A DNA stretch of 64,000 nucleotides from Eledone cirrhosa (GCA_964016885.1 OZ024743.1:376402001-376466000); one strand, 5' to 3'; counted from the first letter of the stretch, positions 33,673 through 47,514 are shown. Made by a program: numbers and translations. Notes: generated by a model from the sequence alone, not told the origin.

Positions 33673-34174
33673 CTGTACGTATGCATGGGTGCATATATAT
33701 GTATGTGTATATGTTTATAAATAAAAATATCAGGCCCAATAAATTGTCTGATATGTTCAAATGAATATAAATTACAGTATATATATTTTCCTAATGAAGT
33801 ATCATTGAATTGCAATATATTGAAATAAAAGAGAAAAAAATATCCCTAGAAAATATATACTAAAAATAATAAACATGATTTTAATCTTCTTCACTAAATA
33901 GCACTTTGTTCGTTTATAAGCCTATTATAATACATACAGAACTAACTGCCTATAAAACTAATCTCTAAGCCAACTAGCTTTTTGGTGACTAATAAAAATG
34001 GCCGAGGTTTTAGGTTTATTTTGAATTTGTTTCTGATAATTTATCTCTTGCTTTCCTCCATGTTTGTGTAATATTCTTTGAGAAGAGATCAGGATGTAAT
34101 TATTTACTATTCCTTTTATAATGAAAGCATGAAAATGTTACTTTGTTGTTGTTGTTGTTGTTGTTGTTATCATT

Positions 34175-34320
34175 TGCAAATCGTCATTGGGGCCTAGGGA
34201 CAGTCCCTAAAGGTCTTAAGTCTGACATCAAAAGCACTGCCAGAATCCTACACGATATACTGAGCCATAAGATCAGGGACTGACCAGAGACGAAATAACT
34301 CGCTGCATCTAGCAACCGAT
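34175..34320 (+). mobile_element. R4/Dong-like LINE extreme 3' fragment
   Basis: IVIGALGTVPKGL..STARILHDILS, next to (GTT)n. Confidence 0.55.
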
Positions 34321-34354
34321 TTCTAGAGAAACCTTACACATGGAAAAAAAAATC

Positions 34355-34686
34355 GTTAGAGCGTCGCAGAATCGTTAGAGCGTCGGACAATTTGTTTTGT
34401 GCTAGTTGTTACGACCCTTAACGTTCTGAGTTCAAATCTCACCGAGGTTAACTTTGTGTTTCATCCTTACGGGGTCAATAAAATAAATTAGCAGTCAGGA
34501 ACTGGGGTCGACTTCCTTTTCTCCAAAATTGTTGGCCTTGTGCCTAAATCAGAAACCATTATTATCTGAGTTCAAATCCCGCCGAGGTTAACTTTGCCTT
34601 TCATCCTTACGGGGTCGATAAAATAAAGTACCAGTAATGCACTGGGTAATTGCTGGCCTTGTGCCTAACGTAGAAACAATTATTAT
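34355..34686 (+). mobile_element. Tandem SINE pair
   Basis: Two ctgagttcaaatc..gaggttaactttg bodies with attatt tails. Confidence 0.85.
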
Positions 34687-35730
34687 TAAATATTAAAATT
34701 TGGATCATCTTATGGATAATTTGTCTCACCTGCTTCTGAATATGGAGATTTTAAAATGTGTGTGTATGCACATACATTAAGACTCACGGAAGTGCTCACA
34801 TGTATATACATATGTATATACACATGTATATACATATGTATATACACATGTATATACACATGTATATGCATATGTATGTATGTATGTATGTCATCGACCT
34901 GTTGTCAAACTCTCTACTCTCTGATGAATGTATATATATATATGTGTGTGTATGTATATGTGTGTATATACATCACTCAGTCAAACAACCAGATTTCAAC
35001 CCCAACATCTACAACAACAACAACACCGGCCCTAATGTTTACAGCAACAACAGCTTCAGAATGAACTGAAATGAACATTTACAACAATTACAACAACTAC
35101 AACAACAACAACAACAGCGGCATCAAAACATAAAAAAGGGAAGGGAAAAGAAAAAAGAAAAGGGAAGGGGAAAAAAAAAAAAAAAAAGGAGAAAAAAAAG
35201 AAAGGAAAAAAAAAAAAAAAAACTCAAAATAACAAAACACACACACACACACACACACACAACAGAACAACAACATCAACTGCCACCACCACCACCACCG
35301 CCACCGCCGTCGCCATCACCATCACCAGCGACCTGGCCTTAAGAACAACTTTAATAATAATTTTTCTGCTTTTGGCACGGATCCAGCGACTGGCCAGCGC
35401 ATCACTGGTACTCTCTTTTGTTGACTCCGTGGAGAGCCATAACTCTATGCTGTAAAGCAATTATAGTAATACTGGACTGTAATACGATCGGCTTCAACTA
35501 TACAAACTCTTGAAAGTCAACAGTTGACATAATCTGGTAATCTTGTATCAGTAATGACGGTAATATATATATATATATGTGTGTGTGTGCGTGTAAGTGA
35601 GTAGAGTAGCGTGTGTGTGTGTTTGTTGTGTGTGTGAGTGTTGCTGTGTGCACGCATATGTATGCGTGTGTGTGTATGTCGTACGTATAAGTGTCAATAA
35701 GTAATTTTTTTTTTTTTTTTTTTTTTTTTG

Positions 35731-38700
35731 CGCGGGGACATAGAAATAATCGGGCTGGATGCCCGATCGCGCAGTTAAACCACTGGGAGTGAAGAACCCC
35801 TAGCCCATGTCAGGGTATTCTTCTAGGAGAAGGCATCTCAGGAAACTGGGTTAACTCCGATATAAAACCTGCGGCTCAGTAGTTACCGATGATGTTGATC
35901 TTTTCTTCTTTTCGGGTTATAGCTACTGTCGCTCAGAGAGTGGGATTGGTTCAGTGCACAGTCTTTCCTCACTTTAAAAATATTCGTCACGCACAGGCAT
36001 TGCACGAGTGCATTAATAATTATTAATAGTGTAGTATTATTATTATTATTATTATTACTATTATTATTACTTTTTTTTTTTTTTTTTTTTTTCTCCCTTT
36101 TTTTTTTTTTTTTTTTTTTCCAATTCAATGATGTTCCAGAACAATGTAAACGAGATAATTGCCAATTTGGGTTCTGGAACAAAAGAGATCATTGGCAATA
36201 AGGGCAGGGGCCCCAAGTTATCACAACCTGGGCCCGCCCGTCATCGTGCCATTGTAATAGAGCCAAACAGGGCATTTAGTCTTGGCTGCTGGAACGTACG
36301 GACGCTGCTTGACAGGGATTCTTTGGAGCGTCCTGAACGAAGGACCGCTCTTGTTGCGAAGGAGCTTCGACGTTACGATCTTGACATCGTGGCTTTGTCT
36401 GAGACGAGGTTAGCTGGAGATGGTCATCTTACGGAATTTTGTGGAGAATATACATTCTTCTGGAAAGGAAGAGATGAAGGAACCAGAAGAGAGGCTGGGG
36501 TAGGATTTGCTGTTAAGACTGTACTGGTGAATAAATTGGAAGAATTCCCAGTGGGGATTAGTGAGCGTCTTATGTCCATGAGAGTTCCGCTGGACAAGGG
36601 AAGATATGCTACCCTGGTGAGTGTGTATGCTCCAACTATGAATTCTGTCGATGAAGAAAAACTGTCCTTTTACCATGCCTTGAAAGGTGTTTTAAGAAAT
36701 ATCCCTCAGGCAGACAAAGTCATCGTGCTTGGTGACTTTAATGCTAGAGTGGGTAGGGATTTTAACACATGGAATGTAATCGGAAGGCATGGGGTGGGAA
36801 AGTGTAACAGCAATGGTATGCTCTTGCTGCAGATGTGTGAGGAGCTGGATCTGTGTGTTACCAACACCATGTTCCAACAAAAGAACAAATTCAAGACCAC
36901 ATGGATGCATCCTGCATCTAAGGAATGGCATCTTTTGGACTACGTCCTAGTCAGGATGCGTGACAGACAGGATGTGCGGTGTGTTCGTGTTCTTCGTGGA
37001 GCTGAGTGCTGGACGGACCACCGCCTGGTACGCGCAAAAGTGAATCTAATCACCAAACGTAAAATCCGGGCTCCTGGTGTTACCCTGCCCAAAAGATTGA
37101 ATGCTGCTCGTCTTAAGGATAAAAATGTGAAGAGGACATTGGAAGAAGAGATGCAGGCTGCAGATCTTGGTGAGGATTGGCCGACCCTTAAAAAGTCGGT
37201 TTATGATGTAGGCAGACGTGTTCTGGGATTGGTGCAGAGAAAACATCAGGACTGGTTTAATGAGAAAGATGTGCATATAGATGACTTGTTGGCTGATAAG
37301 AGGCGCGCTCTGTCACGCTACTTGACGGCAAGACCACAGGAGAGGAATACGTTGCATGAGGAGCTCAGGGATGTAAAATCACGTGTTAGGCGGAGTCTTT
37401 CTCAGATGAAGGATCAGTGGTGGAGTGAGAAGGCTGGTGAGATACAAACTGCGTCTGATTGCAATAACACAAAGCTGTTGTACAGTCTCTTGCGTGAGGT
37501 TTATGGACCGTCTTCTTCTCTGGTGACACCGATTCGCAGCAGGGATGGCAAAGAACTTCTTCGTGACTCACAGGGAATTCTACGAAGGTGGCGGGAGCAC
37601 TTTGATGATCTTTTGAATCAGCCGTCTGTCGTCAGTGAAGATTTCCTCAATCTCATTCCGGAAAGTCCTGTGAAAGTAGCTCTCGCAGAGCCTCCGACAC
37701 TTGTGGAGGTTGCAGTGGCTATTTCGAAGCTGAACAGTGGAAGATCTCCAGGTATGGATGGCATACATGCTGAGCTCCTACAATATGGTGGTGAGAGACT
37801 CCTGCAACATCTTCACTCTCTGTTTGGAAGGATATGGGCTAATGAATCCGTGCCTGAGGACTGGAGAGATGCAGTAATGGTGGTCTTGTACAAGGGAAAG
37901 GGTAACAGGAATGATTGTGGGAACTACAGAGGTATATCATTGCTTTCTGTCGTGGGGAAAGTTTTATGTAGGGTGCTTCTGGACCGTCTGCTGACACACA
38001 TTGCAGATTGTGTCCTTCCTGAAAGTCAATCTGGTTTTCGTGTTGGACGCGGCACTACTGATATGATCTTCTCAGCTAGACAGCTCCAGGAGAAGTGCAT
38101 TGAACAGGGCTTGGATCTGTATCAGGTTTTTGTCGATCTGACAAAGGCTTTCGATACTGTCAACAGAGATGCATTATGGAAGGTTCTCCAGAAACTTGGT
38201 TGCCCTGATAAGTTCCTTGCTTTAGTTAGGTCTTTCCATGACGACATGAAGGCTTGGGTTAATGTCGGAGGTAACATGTCGGAGCCTATCTCAGTAAAAA
38301 ATGGAGTGAAACAGGGGGATATTCCAGCACCGACCCTGTTTGCCATATACTTTGCAATGGTTTTCTGTATTGCATTCAGGAATTGCGAGCATGGTGTTTA
38401 CATCCGATATCGAACCTCAGGCAGCATATTTAACATCAGGCGCTTTGCTGCGAAGACAAAAGTATTTACATCAGTCATAAGAGACCTCTTGTATGCAGAT
38501 GATTGCGATCTTGTAGCGCACACAGAGAGTGATATGCAGCACATTTTGAATGTATTTTCTGACGCTTGCACTGCCCTGGGTTTGACTGTCAGTCTCAAGA
38601 AAACCGTCGTCATGTACCAACCTGCACCTGGTAGGCAGTACACTGAACCAAACATCTATGTGTATGGCAAACGACTTGGAGTGGTTGATCAGTTTGTCTA

Positions 38701-39681
38701 CCTGGGAAGCACTGTCAATCGATACGGCAACCTTGACAGTGAAATCTCACTTAGGATTAGGAAAGCAAGTGATGCTTTCGGAAAGCTAGAAAGGCGACTC
38801 TGGGGTCGGCGAGACATATGCAGGAGGACAAAGGTAAGGGTGTACAGGGCATGTGTACTCTCTTGTCTTCTTTATGCCTGCGAGACCTGGGTCACATATC
38901 GACGCCACCTTAAGCAATTGGAGCGTTTCCATCAGATGTGTCTCAGACGGATACATGGCGTTCGCTGGAGGGACCACATCAGTGATGTCGAGATTTTGGA
39001 AAGCTCTATGTGTGACAGTATAGAAGCTCTTGTGCTTAAGCAGCGACTCCGTTGGAGTGGTCACCTTGCCAGGATGAAGGATTCTAGAATACCAAAACAA
39101 CTCTTCTATGGAGAGTTGGTTAAAGGAAAACGACCGCCACATAAACCAAAAAAGAGGTATAAGGATTCCTTGAAGGCCTCTCTGAAAGACGCTAACATCT
39201 CTGCTGATACATGGGAAAATATTGCTGCTGATCGTAATAAATGGAGAAAGACTGTATATGAGGGAAAAGTTGCCTTTGAGGCATCTCGAATCGCACACGA
39301 GAAAGTAAAGCGGGACGTGAGGAAGGGTATTGCTGTTGCACTTCCAGACGGCGAGGGTCCTCCTATGTTTCTGACATGCAGCGTCTGTGCGAGACTCTGC
39401 CTAAGCAAAGCTGGACTCGAAAGTCATCTTCGCAGTCATAAAGTAAGACCAGTGGTTGACTACCAGGCTGCTGTTGGAGATGCTACTCATCATGCTTGCC
39501 AAACATGTGGTAGAGAATGTAAATCAGCAGGAGGACTCAAGCGACATGCAAAAGTACACGAACTCCAACCACAGCCGACTATTCCCAGTAAATGTTTTGG
39601 TTGCCGACTCTGTGCAAGACATTTTGGATCATTGGCTGGGCTAAAAAGCCACATTCGATCGCAGCACTGTTAGTTGCTATC

Positions 39682-39719
<38 letters not shown>

Positions 39720-39795
39720 GCTTATGTGCGTGCGTGTGTGTGTATATATATATGAATATGTATATTATTGTTGTTGTCGTTATTATTATTATTGC

Positions 39796-39847
<52 letters not shown>

Positions 39848-39915
39848 TTTTTTTTTTTTTTTTTTTTTTTTTATTGTGCAATGGCCATACTCGATAACGA
39901 GGGGGCAGCCATCAT
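35731..39915 (+). mobile_element. Apparently full-length RTE-clade (BovB-like) LINE
   Basis: 5' UTR with TCTAGGAGAAGG motif, intact ORF, 3' stem-loop ctcg(ataa)cgag followed by (ATGT)n; the 5' boundary is approximate. Confidence 0.9.
36128..39673 (+). CDS. LINE polyprotein: APE endonuclease + reverse transcriptase + three C2H2 zinc fingers
   Basis: 1181-aa uninterrupted ORF; WNVRTL, LSETR, GDFNARVG, WTDH; FVDLTKAFD, GVKQG, YADD; CSVC..HLRSH, CQTC..HAKVH, CRLC..HIRSQH. Confidence 0.95.
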   Translation: MMFQNNVNEIIANLGSGTKEIIGNKGRGPKLSQPGPARHRAIVIEPNRAFSLGCWNVRTLLDRDSLERPERRTALVAKELRRYDLDIVALSETRLAGDGHLTEFCGEYTFFWKGRDEGTRREAGVGFAVKTVLVNKLEEFPVGISERLMSMRVPLDKGRYATLVSVYAPTMNSVDEEKLSFYHALKGVLRNIPQADKVIVLGDFNARVGRDFNTWNVIGRHGVGKCNSNGMLLLQMCEELDLCVTNTMFQQKNKFKTTWMHPASKEWHLLDYVLVRMRDRQDVRCVRVLRGAECWTDHRLVRAKVNLITKRKIRAPGVTLPKRLNAARLKDKNVKRTLEEEMQAADLGEDWPTLKKSVYDVGRRVLGLVQRKHQDWFNEKDVHIDDLLADKRRALSRYLTARPQERNTLHEELRDVKSRVRRSLSQMKDQWWSEKAGEIQTASDCNNTKLLYSLLREVYGPSSSLVTPIRSRDGKELLRDSQGILRRWREHFDDLLNQPSVVSEDFLNLIPESPVKVALAEPPTLVEVAVAISKLNSGRSPGMDGIHAELLQYGGERLLQHLHSLFGRIWANESVPEDWRDAVMVVLYKGKGNRNDCGNYRGISLLSVVGKVLCRVLLDRLLTHIADCVLPESQSGFRVGRGTTDMIFSARQLQEKCIEQGLDLYQVFVDLTKAFDTVNRDALWKVLQKLGCPDKFLALVRSFHDDMKAWVNVGGNMSEPISVKNGVKQGDIPAPTLFAIYFAMVFCIAFRNCEHGVYIRYRTSGSIFNIRRFAAKTKVFTSVIRDLLYADDCDLVAHTESDMQHILNVFSDACTALGLTVSLKKTVVMYQPAPGRQYTEPNIYVYGKRLGVVDQFVYLGSTVNRYGNLDSEISLRIRKASDAFGKLERRLWGRRDICRRTKVRVYRACVLSCLLYACETWVTYRRHLKQLERFHQMCLRRIHGVRWRDHISDVEILESSMCDSIEALVLKQRLRWSGHLARMKDSRIPKQLFYGELVKGKRPPHKPKKRYKDSLKASLKDANISADTWENIAADRNKWRKTVYEGKVAFEASRIAHEKVKRDVRKGIAVALPDGEGPPMFLTCSVCARLCLSKAGLESHLRSHKVRPVVDYQAAVGDATHHACQTCGRECKSAGGLKRHAKVHELQPQPTIPSKCFGCRLCARHFGSLAGLKSHIRSQHC

Positions 39916-39989
39916 GTATGTATGTATGTATGTATGTATGTATGTATGTATGTATGGATGGATGGATGGATGGATGTATGTATGTATGA

Positions 39990-40480
39990 ATGTTCTCTCT
40001 TTCTCTTAATTTCGAGTATATTTTTGACTGGCCACCTTCCTGGTGGCAAGGTTGTAAAAGAAAAGAAATTGTCATCCCTTGAATCGCAAGAATGTTTTGC
40101 AAATTTTGAAGGTGCCAGCTATCGCAGCCATCTGTAGACTATGAATTAGAGAGTTGCGCTCTTTATCCACAAATCCAAGTTCAGTTATACTTTGGTCCAA
40201 GCGGGTTTGTATATAACCCGTAACTCCAATAATGATGGGTATGAAGCTAAGGGTGTATCTTGGATACTGGATTTGTAAACTCCTCATCAATGGTCCGTAG
40301 ATGTACTCCTTCTCCTGTATTTTTCTGACAACGTTTACATGAAGTGGGCAGCTGATCTCCACAACAGAACACGTTTTCAATGTGTGGTCCCAAACAACAA
40401 TATCAGGCCGGTTGCGCTTTAATTTGGTGGCAGTTTTTATTTTCAGGTTCCACCAGTATTCCTTAGTGCCATCTGCCTCA
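39990..40480 (-). mobile_element. R4/Dong-clade LINE 3' end (restriction-like endonuclease), flanked by (ATGT)n
   Basis: RNRPDIVVWD..VVEISCP..KIQEKEYIY..IPIIIGVTGYI (PD..E motif). Confidence 0.85.
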
Positions 40481-40928
40481 GTATGTATGTATGTATGTAT
40501 GTATGTATGTATGTATGTATGTATGTATGTATGTATGTATGTATGTATGTATGTATGTATGTATGTATGTATGCATGTATGTATGTATGTTTGTATGTAT
40601 ACAAAAATAAGATCGTTATTGCTCCAACCAGTCCACAAGGCACTTATCAAACACTCTAAACCGAAAGCCAGCCTGCAGTCCTGACTCGTGCTAAATTAGC
40701 TCGCAACCCATCCTCCAAATATATTCTGATTCCATCTCAGAATCAAAGCTGATTGTAATCGCTTAAGGCTCTGATAGTCATTTTGTTAGTCATTTTGCGA
40801 CACACTTGTTACGAGTGATTACAAATAAAATATGTTAAACTGAAACTTCGATCTCTCTTTATTAATATAAACACGCTGATGTCGGTGTTGATTTTAACAC
40901 TAAATATACAATTCACTATGTATGTATG

Positions 40929-41028
<100 letters not shown>

Positions 41029-41338
41029 ATTAGTCCTTCATCAGTGATCTTCCAACCTTCATTGGTATTTCATCGCTTTAAAGATCATATACCTCTGGTT
41101 GGAGCAAGCAATAACTAAAGAAAGTTATTGGGACACGTAAAATAGGGTGAAGCGAGCGAGACGTGTAAACAAACAGAGATGGTAATGCAACGGAAAGAGG
41201 AAGATCACTGATGAAGGACTAATTTTATTCATATGAAACCCATGTGCAATCAAGCAGCACGCGATTTTTCATATATATATATATATATTTATAGTGACGA
41301 AACATAAGTCAATTGCATGAACTCATAATCCTTTATTT

Positions 41339-41394
41339 ACTGCTATATATATTTCGAGGATAGCCATTGAATAGCTATGACCTCATCAGGCAGT
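41339..41394 (-). ncRNA. Minimal type-I hammerhead motif
   Basis: Reverse complement: actgc-CTGATGA-ggtc atagcta(ttcaa)tggctat cctc-GAAA-tatata-TA-gcagt. Confidence 0.75.
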
Positions 41395-41530
41395 TAGTCA
41401 GTTCTTAGATATGCCGGCTCTATTATAACTCCGGAACTTACATCTTCGCTGAGTGCTCCCTATCCGGATACTGAAGTACCTGATTTTACAAACACTTACT
41501 TTCTTGCTATATATATTTATAAAATATATA

Positions 41531-41650
<120 letters not shown>

Positions 41651-41985
41651 TAGATAGATAGAGAAATAGGGAGAGAGAGGGATCGAAACTGTAAGATAGG
41701 GTGCATAAACAAACAGGAAGCGTAAACAAAGATATGAAGGCACACACACACACAGGCACACACAGATACACGCACAAGCACACGCACAAGCACACGCACA
41801 CATATACACACACATATGCGACGTTATTCATTCTATCAAGTTTAATTCACAGTACTATTGAAGAAGACTCTTTGCCAAGCTACCACGCAGGGGACAGAAC
41901 CCGAAATCACGTGATGTAAAGGTATATATATATATAGTGTGTGTGTGTGCGTGCGTGCGTATGTATGTGAATGCACATATATGTA

Positions 41986-42042
<57 letters not shown>

Positions 42043-42044
42043 CG

Positions 42045-42600
42045 GCGATGAATTAGTTTAGCGAGGTTTTTTATATGAAATCGTGTGTCGAAACAAATAT
42101 TGTTATACTTGGGGAGGGTCATATTTGTGTAATATTGCCAGAATTAATAACAGAACTGTTTGGTTGGTTTTCGCTTCTCGCTGTCTTTTATATCTGCGAT
42201 CTAACTTAATCGGTCCTCAATGTTGCCATTGACTGACCGACGGTCAAAAATAATACAGATACAATATAGACACAAACACATATATATAGTTTACATAATT
42301 TACATAAATCTTTCGTTGCACATCTGCAACATCGTCAGTGGTGTTATATTTTTTTTTTCCTCCTGTTGTGTTGTATGTCTACGCCATTTTTTATTCAGTC
42401 TGTCTATATATTTATTTATTTATTTGCTTGTTTGTTTATTTTATTTTGTCTTCTTTGCGCATGCGTTTGCGTGTGTGTATAGTGTTATGTTTGCTGTGTG
42501 ACTAGTATGTATAGTGTTGTGTCTGCTGGGTGACTAGTGTGTGTTTATGTGCTTGTTGTTATTGTGCTTGTGTATGTATTTATTTATCCTATTTTATTTT
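42045..42600 (-). mobile_element. Solo PLE pLTR with hammerhead at 42303-42340
   Basis: Colinear with 61455-61930; CTGACGA-t-gttgca(gatg)tgcaac-GAAA on the minus strand. Confidence 0.85.
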
Positions 42601-42607
42601 ATTTTAT

Positions 42608-42639
<32 letters not shown>

Positions 42640-42683
42640 ATATATTTTATTATATATATATATTTTATTATATATATATATTT

Positions 42684-42750
<67 letters not shown>

Positions 42751-43489
42751 CATTGTCTTTTACTGTCATTGTTATTATTATTGTTATTATTAGTGTTATT
42801 ATTATTCAGTCGAATAAAACAAAAGGCAAATGTAAACTGAAAATGGCGCCCGTCATTTTTTCTTTTATATTTTCGTGTGTGAATTAGTAAAATGTTACAA
42901 TTTCATAGCAACAAGCTTTCAAATATTTTCCTCTCTCCGTGAGATTATAGAAATAATAATATAAAATACAAAACAAATAATAATAAAAATAATACTAATA
43001 ATAATAAAGTGGAACAAAAAGTGAATTTATGTTTCGTCTATATGAAAACATGAAACATTATACATGATACACAGAAAGCAGCGACGTTTTCATGCCCAGA
43101 GAAGAATAAATAAGGTTTTTCTTTTATTTTTCTCACCGGACTTTCACAGCTGTGAGAATCTAAAAGAACTTTTAGAGAAGGCAAATGGTAAATCATAACA
43201 AATTGTGCAAAAAAAAAAAAAGACTAATAACGTTAAAATGGAAAATAAAACTAAAAATCTAAGATGGAAGCAAAGGTTTCATGTACTTAATACAAGAGAA
43301 GAAAATGGCAGATGCTTCTGAAGATATAAATAAACATAAACAGAGAAACTCCAAGAACAAGTATCAACTATCGTAGCATTTGTACTTGGTTTAATGTAAA
43401 GAAGGAGATATTATATGAAGGGCGAAATACTTAGTATTCAATATATATATGTGTGTGTGTGTAAGTGTGTCTGTGTGTTTGTGTGTGTA

Positions 43490-43641
<152 letters not shown>

Positions 43642-43929
43642 AAGAGAGAGAGTGTGTGTGTGTTCGTGTGTGTGTGAATGAAATATTTGGTGGATAAATG
43701 TGTGAGGATAGATGCAAGTGTGAGTATGTTTTATATATATATATATGTATATATATATACAATACATACACACACACTCACACAACACACTTATATATAT
43801 GTGTGTGTGTGTGTTTGTGTATATATGGATATACGTAAATATATGTATATAAATATTTAAGTGTGAGTGTTCGTATATGAATATATGAATGCGCGCGTGT
43901 GTAAGTAAAGATATATTATCTATATATGC

Positions 43930-43986
<57 letters not shown>

Positions 43987-44112
43987 CATGTTTGTATGTA
44001 TGTATAATCTGTTGAGTTGAAACTACGTCGGAATATATATATGCATGTGAAATATACAATTTCTGCAATGATATTTACTCTTGTCAATGTTTATTTTATT
44101 TTCCATTTTATG

Positions 44113-44191
<79 letters not shown>

Positions 44192-44335
44192 CCTATCTAG
44201 CTATCTATCTATCTTTCTGACTGTCTGTCAGACAGTTTCTATTTGTCTGTAGCTGCCTGTAAGTCTATCTGTTTGTTTCTTTATTCATGTATATATTTAT
44301 ATATGGATATATGCAAGTATTCATGTATATGTATG

Positions 44336-44377
<42 letters not shown>

Positions 44378-44819
44378 TATGTTTATGCATATATGTATAT
44401 ATCGTAAAAACGAAGCCAAACTCAGTTGTGTATGAGCAAACGCGGCCACCTGATCTGACTTCACAACGAGACAACTCGTCTAACACATGCTAGCTAAGAA
44501 AAATGGAAGTTGAATGGTGATGATGATGATGATGATATAGACTTTAGATTATTCTCATCTCAGTACAAAATAAATGTCACCGATGAAGGATAAAATTCCA
44601 GAAAGTGGCATTATCACCGGGTACTAAGATAACTGTGACGTAATCACTGCTTAAAACATTCATAACGAGACCCTCTTATGTTTATTATATACAGTGGCCA
44701 ATAAAGAAATCGTTATATACAAATATATTGTATATGTTTTCATGTACAATATGCTCTTGCTATATATATTATAAATGTCTATACACACACACATTCACAC
44801 ACACTCACATACACGCACG

Positions 44820-44903
<84 letters not shown>

Positions 44904-45754
44904 CACACAAACTAATACAAACACACACGTTCGTTTGGTTGACAGTTCCTAGGTCTTCAACATCATTGATTTATTTTGCTTCTGCCCTTGCACTCTGTAC
45001 TTTTTTTCTACATAGCGTAAAATCATAATGAATAAAAGGAGGGGTGCGGGACTGCGCCCTGAATATATATTTTTATCCTGTTTGTAAAATAAGTTGGATT
45101 ACTTTGAATAAATAATGAATGAATATTATATAACTTATCTACTAAATTTCGTAACTCTTGATTAATAAATAATTTTATTGCTTATTTCAAGATTCACTTC
45201 TTTAAAATGTTCAAATGTCAACGCTTCCGGTTAGCGTCCGTTATATCATAACACTTATTACATCGCTTATATAAACGTTCATATATTTGCATCGTTATAT
45301 AAGATTTATATTTCCATCACTAATTTTCTCCTAATGCAGTTTATATATAATATCGTCTTTTTAAAATGTATCATGGATTACTTTACTGATTGCAGAAGAT
45401 AGTGTAACAGTCTCTCTTCAATTTCTTTGCATATTCTCAATTACGATTTTATTTGACGTATATCTAAATGCATATATACCTGCGTATAATATCAATATGT
45501 ACACTACACATGCTAGCAGAAAACCACCCGAACGGTGAATTTTTTGCTAGTGGCTCTAATAGCAATTGATTTCACCACTCATTATCAAAAAGCTGGAAAG
45601 TGAAAAATAAGCTATGAAAGTTTCTATGTTATATAAAGAATAAAACATTCAGCAACGATTGCACAACAAGTTGTATGAAATTAATGATATAACATAGATA
45701 CATGTTGCCAAATATCATCAGAGAATATCCGAAAAAAACTTTTGACTCTACCTG

Positions 45755-46280
45755 GCCAACCCTTACCTATGGTCATGAATCTTGGGTAATGACCGAAAGA
45801 ATACGATTGCGAATACAAGCGGCAGAAATGGGGTTCCTTGGAAGGGGCTTTGGAGTAACGTTACTCGATAGAGAACGTAGCTCGAAAATCAGAGAGCCAC
45901 TCCAGGTACTTCTCTGAATTGAGAGATCAAAGCTCCGACACAGATACAATGAGCATGTGGTTAGAATGTCTGAGGATAGAATCGTTGGACAGATTTTACA
46001 GACAAAACCGGTCTGCAGGAGACCCAGGGGTAGACCCCGAGTAAGATGGTTGGATAACATCCATTAGCTTGGCTGGTCTCGCTTGGGTATCCAGCCAGAT
46101 CAGTTGGAGACGGTTGCTTCTGACAAGATACGCTGGAAGGAGTGTTTGAGGACTCTGGCCCCAGGACCCTCTCAGGAATAAGTGGACGAAGAAGAAGAAG
46201 AAGAAGAAGAAGAAGAAGAAGAAGAAGAAGAAGAAGAAGAAGAAGAAGAAGAAGAAGAAGAAGAAGAAGAAGAAGAAGAA
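45755..46280 (+). mobile_element. Expander/Rex3-like RTE 3' fragment with (GAA)n tail
   Basis: PTLTYGHESWVMTERIRLRIQAAEMGFL; RPRGRPRVRWLDNI. Confidence 0.85.
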
Positions 46281-46397
46281 GGGTAGCCAACTCCGTCTCG
46301 ATGGTGGTGAGTAGGGAGTTGGTCCCAGGTACAAGGACACCAGAAGTCTCCGCTGCTAAAAAACTATGACTAAAATGCTCCGTCCGGGAACACAAGG
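46281..46397 (-). mobile_element. RTE-type 3' tail abutting the GAA array
   Basis: Reverse complement ends gagttggctaccc, like gagttggcagcc at 15745. Confidence 0.4.
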
Positions 46398-46937
46398 ATT
46401 CGAACTTACGACCCTATAGTCACAAAGCATTGAAATGCATACATAAAGGTCTGCTATTGTCCGTTCGTTTGTAAACACCAACTTTAATGTCGAACAAAAA
46501 ACATATTTGAATATAAACTACATCACTCTCGCCAGTGGAGGAGGGCTTTCAAAGGTTTTCGATAGCGCAGCCTCCTTCTTGTTAGTAGAGTATCAGAAGT
46601 GTTTGCAGAGATTTAGGTATTAGGAAAATAATATAAAATCTAATTTAAAAATCGTTAATTTATTTTAAAGTTTCTTTAGAAATACAACCAATTCAACTTT
46701 AATACTTAACAGATATAGTAGACACGACTGTCATAGATACTACCACAGAAACACGTGTGCGCTCACACACATATGTACGCATATATATGTACATATCCAT
46801 ACATACACACACACACATATATATGTAGGTATGTGTGTATACTCGCAACCTCTGATTACATGTATGTATATACAGATATATGTGTGTATATAAGGATATA
46901 CTGTATATATATATATATATATGTGTGTATTTTATTC

Positions 46938-46996
<59 letters not shown>

Positions 46997-47028
46997 GACA
47001 TAAATATATCTATTTTTGTCTGTGTATG

Positions 47029-47091
<63 letters not shown>

Positions 47092-47094
47092 CAT

Positions 47095-47149
<55 letters not shown>

Positions 47150-47514
47150 TATATACATGTCTATTGTAGTAGGAAATATCTTAATATCAAACGTATATCA
47201 TATATTATATTATCGGTGTATATTATAAATTTATGTTTTATTAATGTAAGTAATATAACATAATAATGAATTATATAATCATTTTATTAGTCAAATCAAT
47301 ACCATAGATAAAAGCCAAACGTTGCATACTTAAAAATCTAAATGAATGACCATGCATAATTTACTATTTGCAAATACCATTTGCTTTCTTTATTTAAAGA
47401 GATTTCTCTCATAATTACATAATAAATCTTCCATTGAAAAAAAATATTTTCTCTATGAAATATTTAAAACAAAATACTTTAAGAACAGCAGTACTTGCTT
47501 TATACAACTGTTGT

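Noticed and set aside
35467-35490. miR-8/200-like seed TAATACTG, and a let-7-like stretch at ~22295
   Set aside because: Only seed-level similarity and no precursor hairpin
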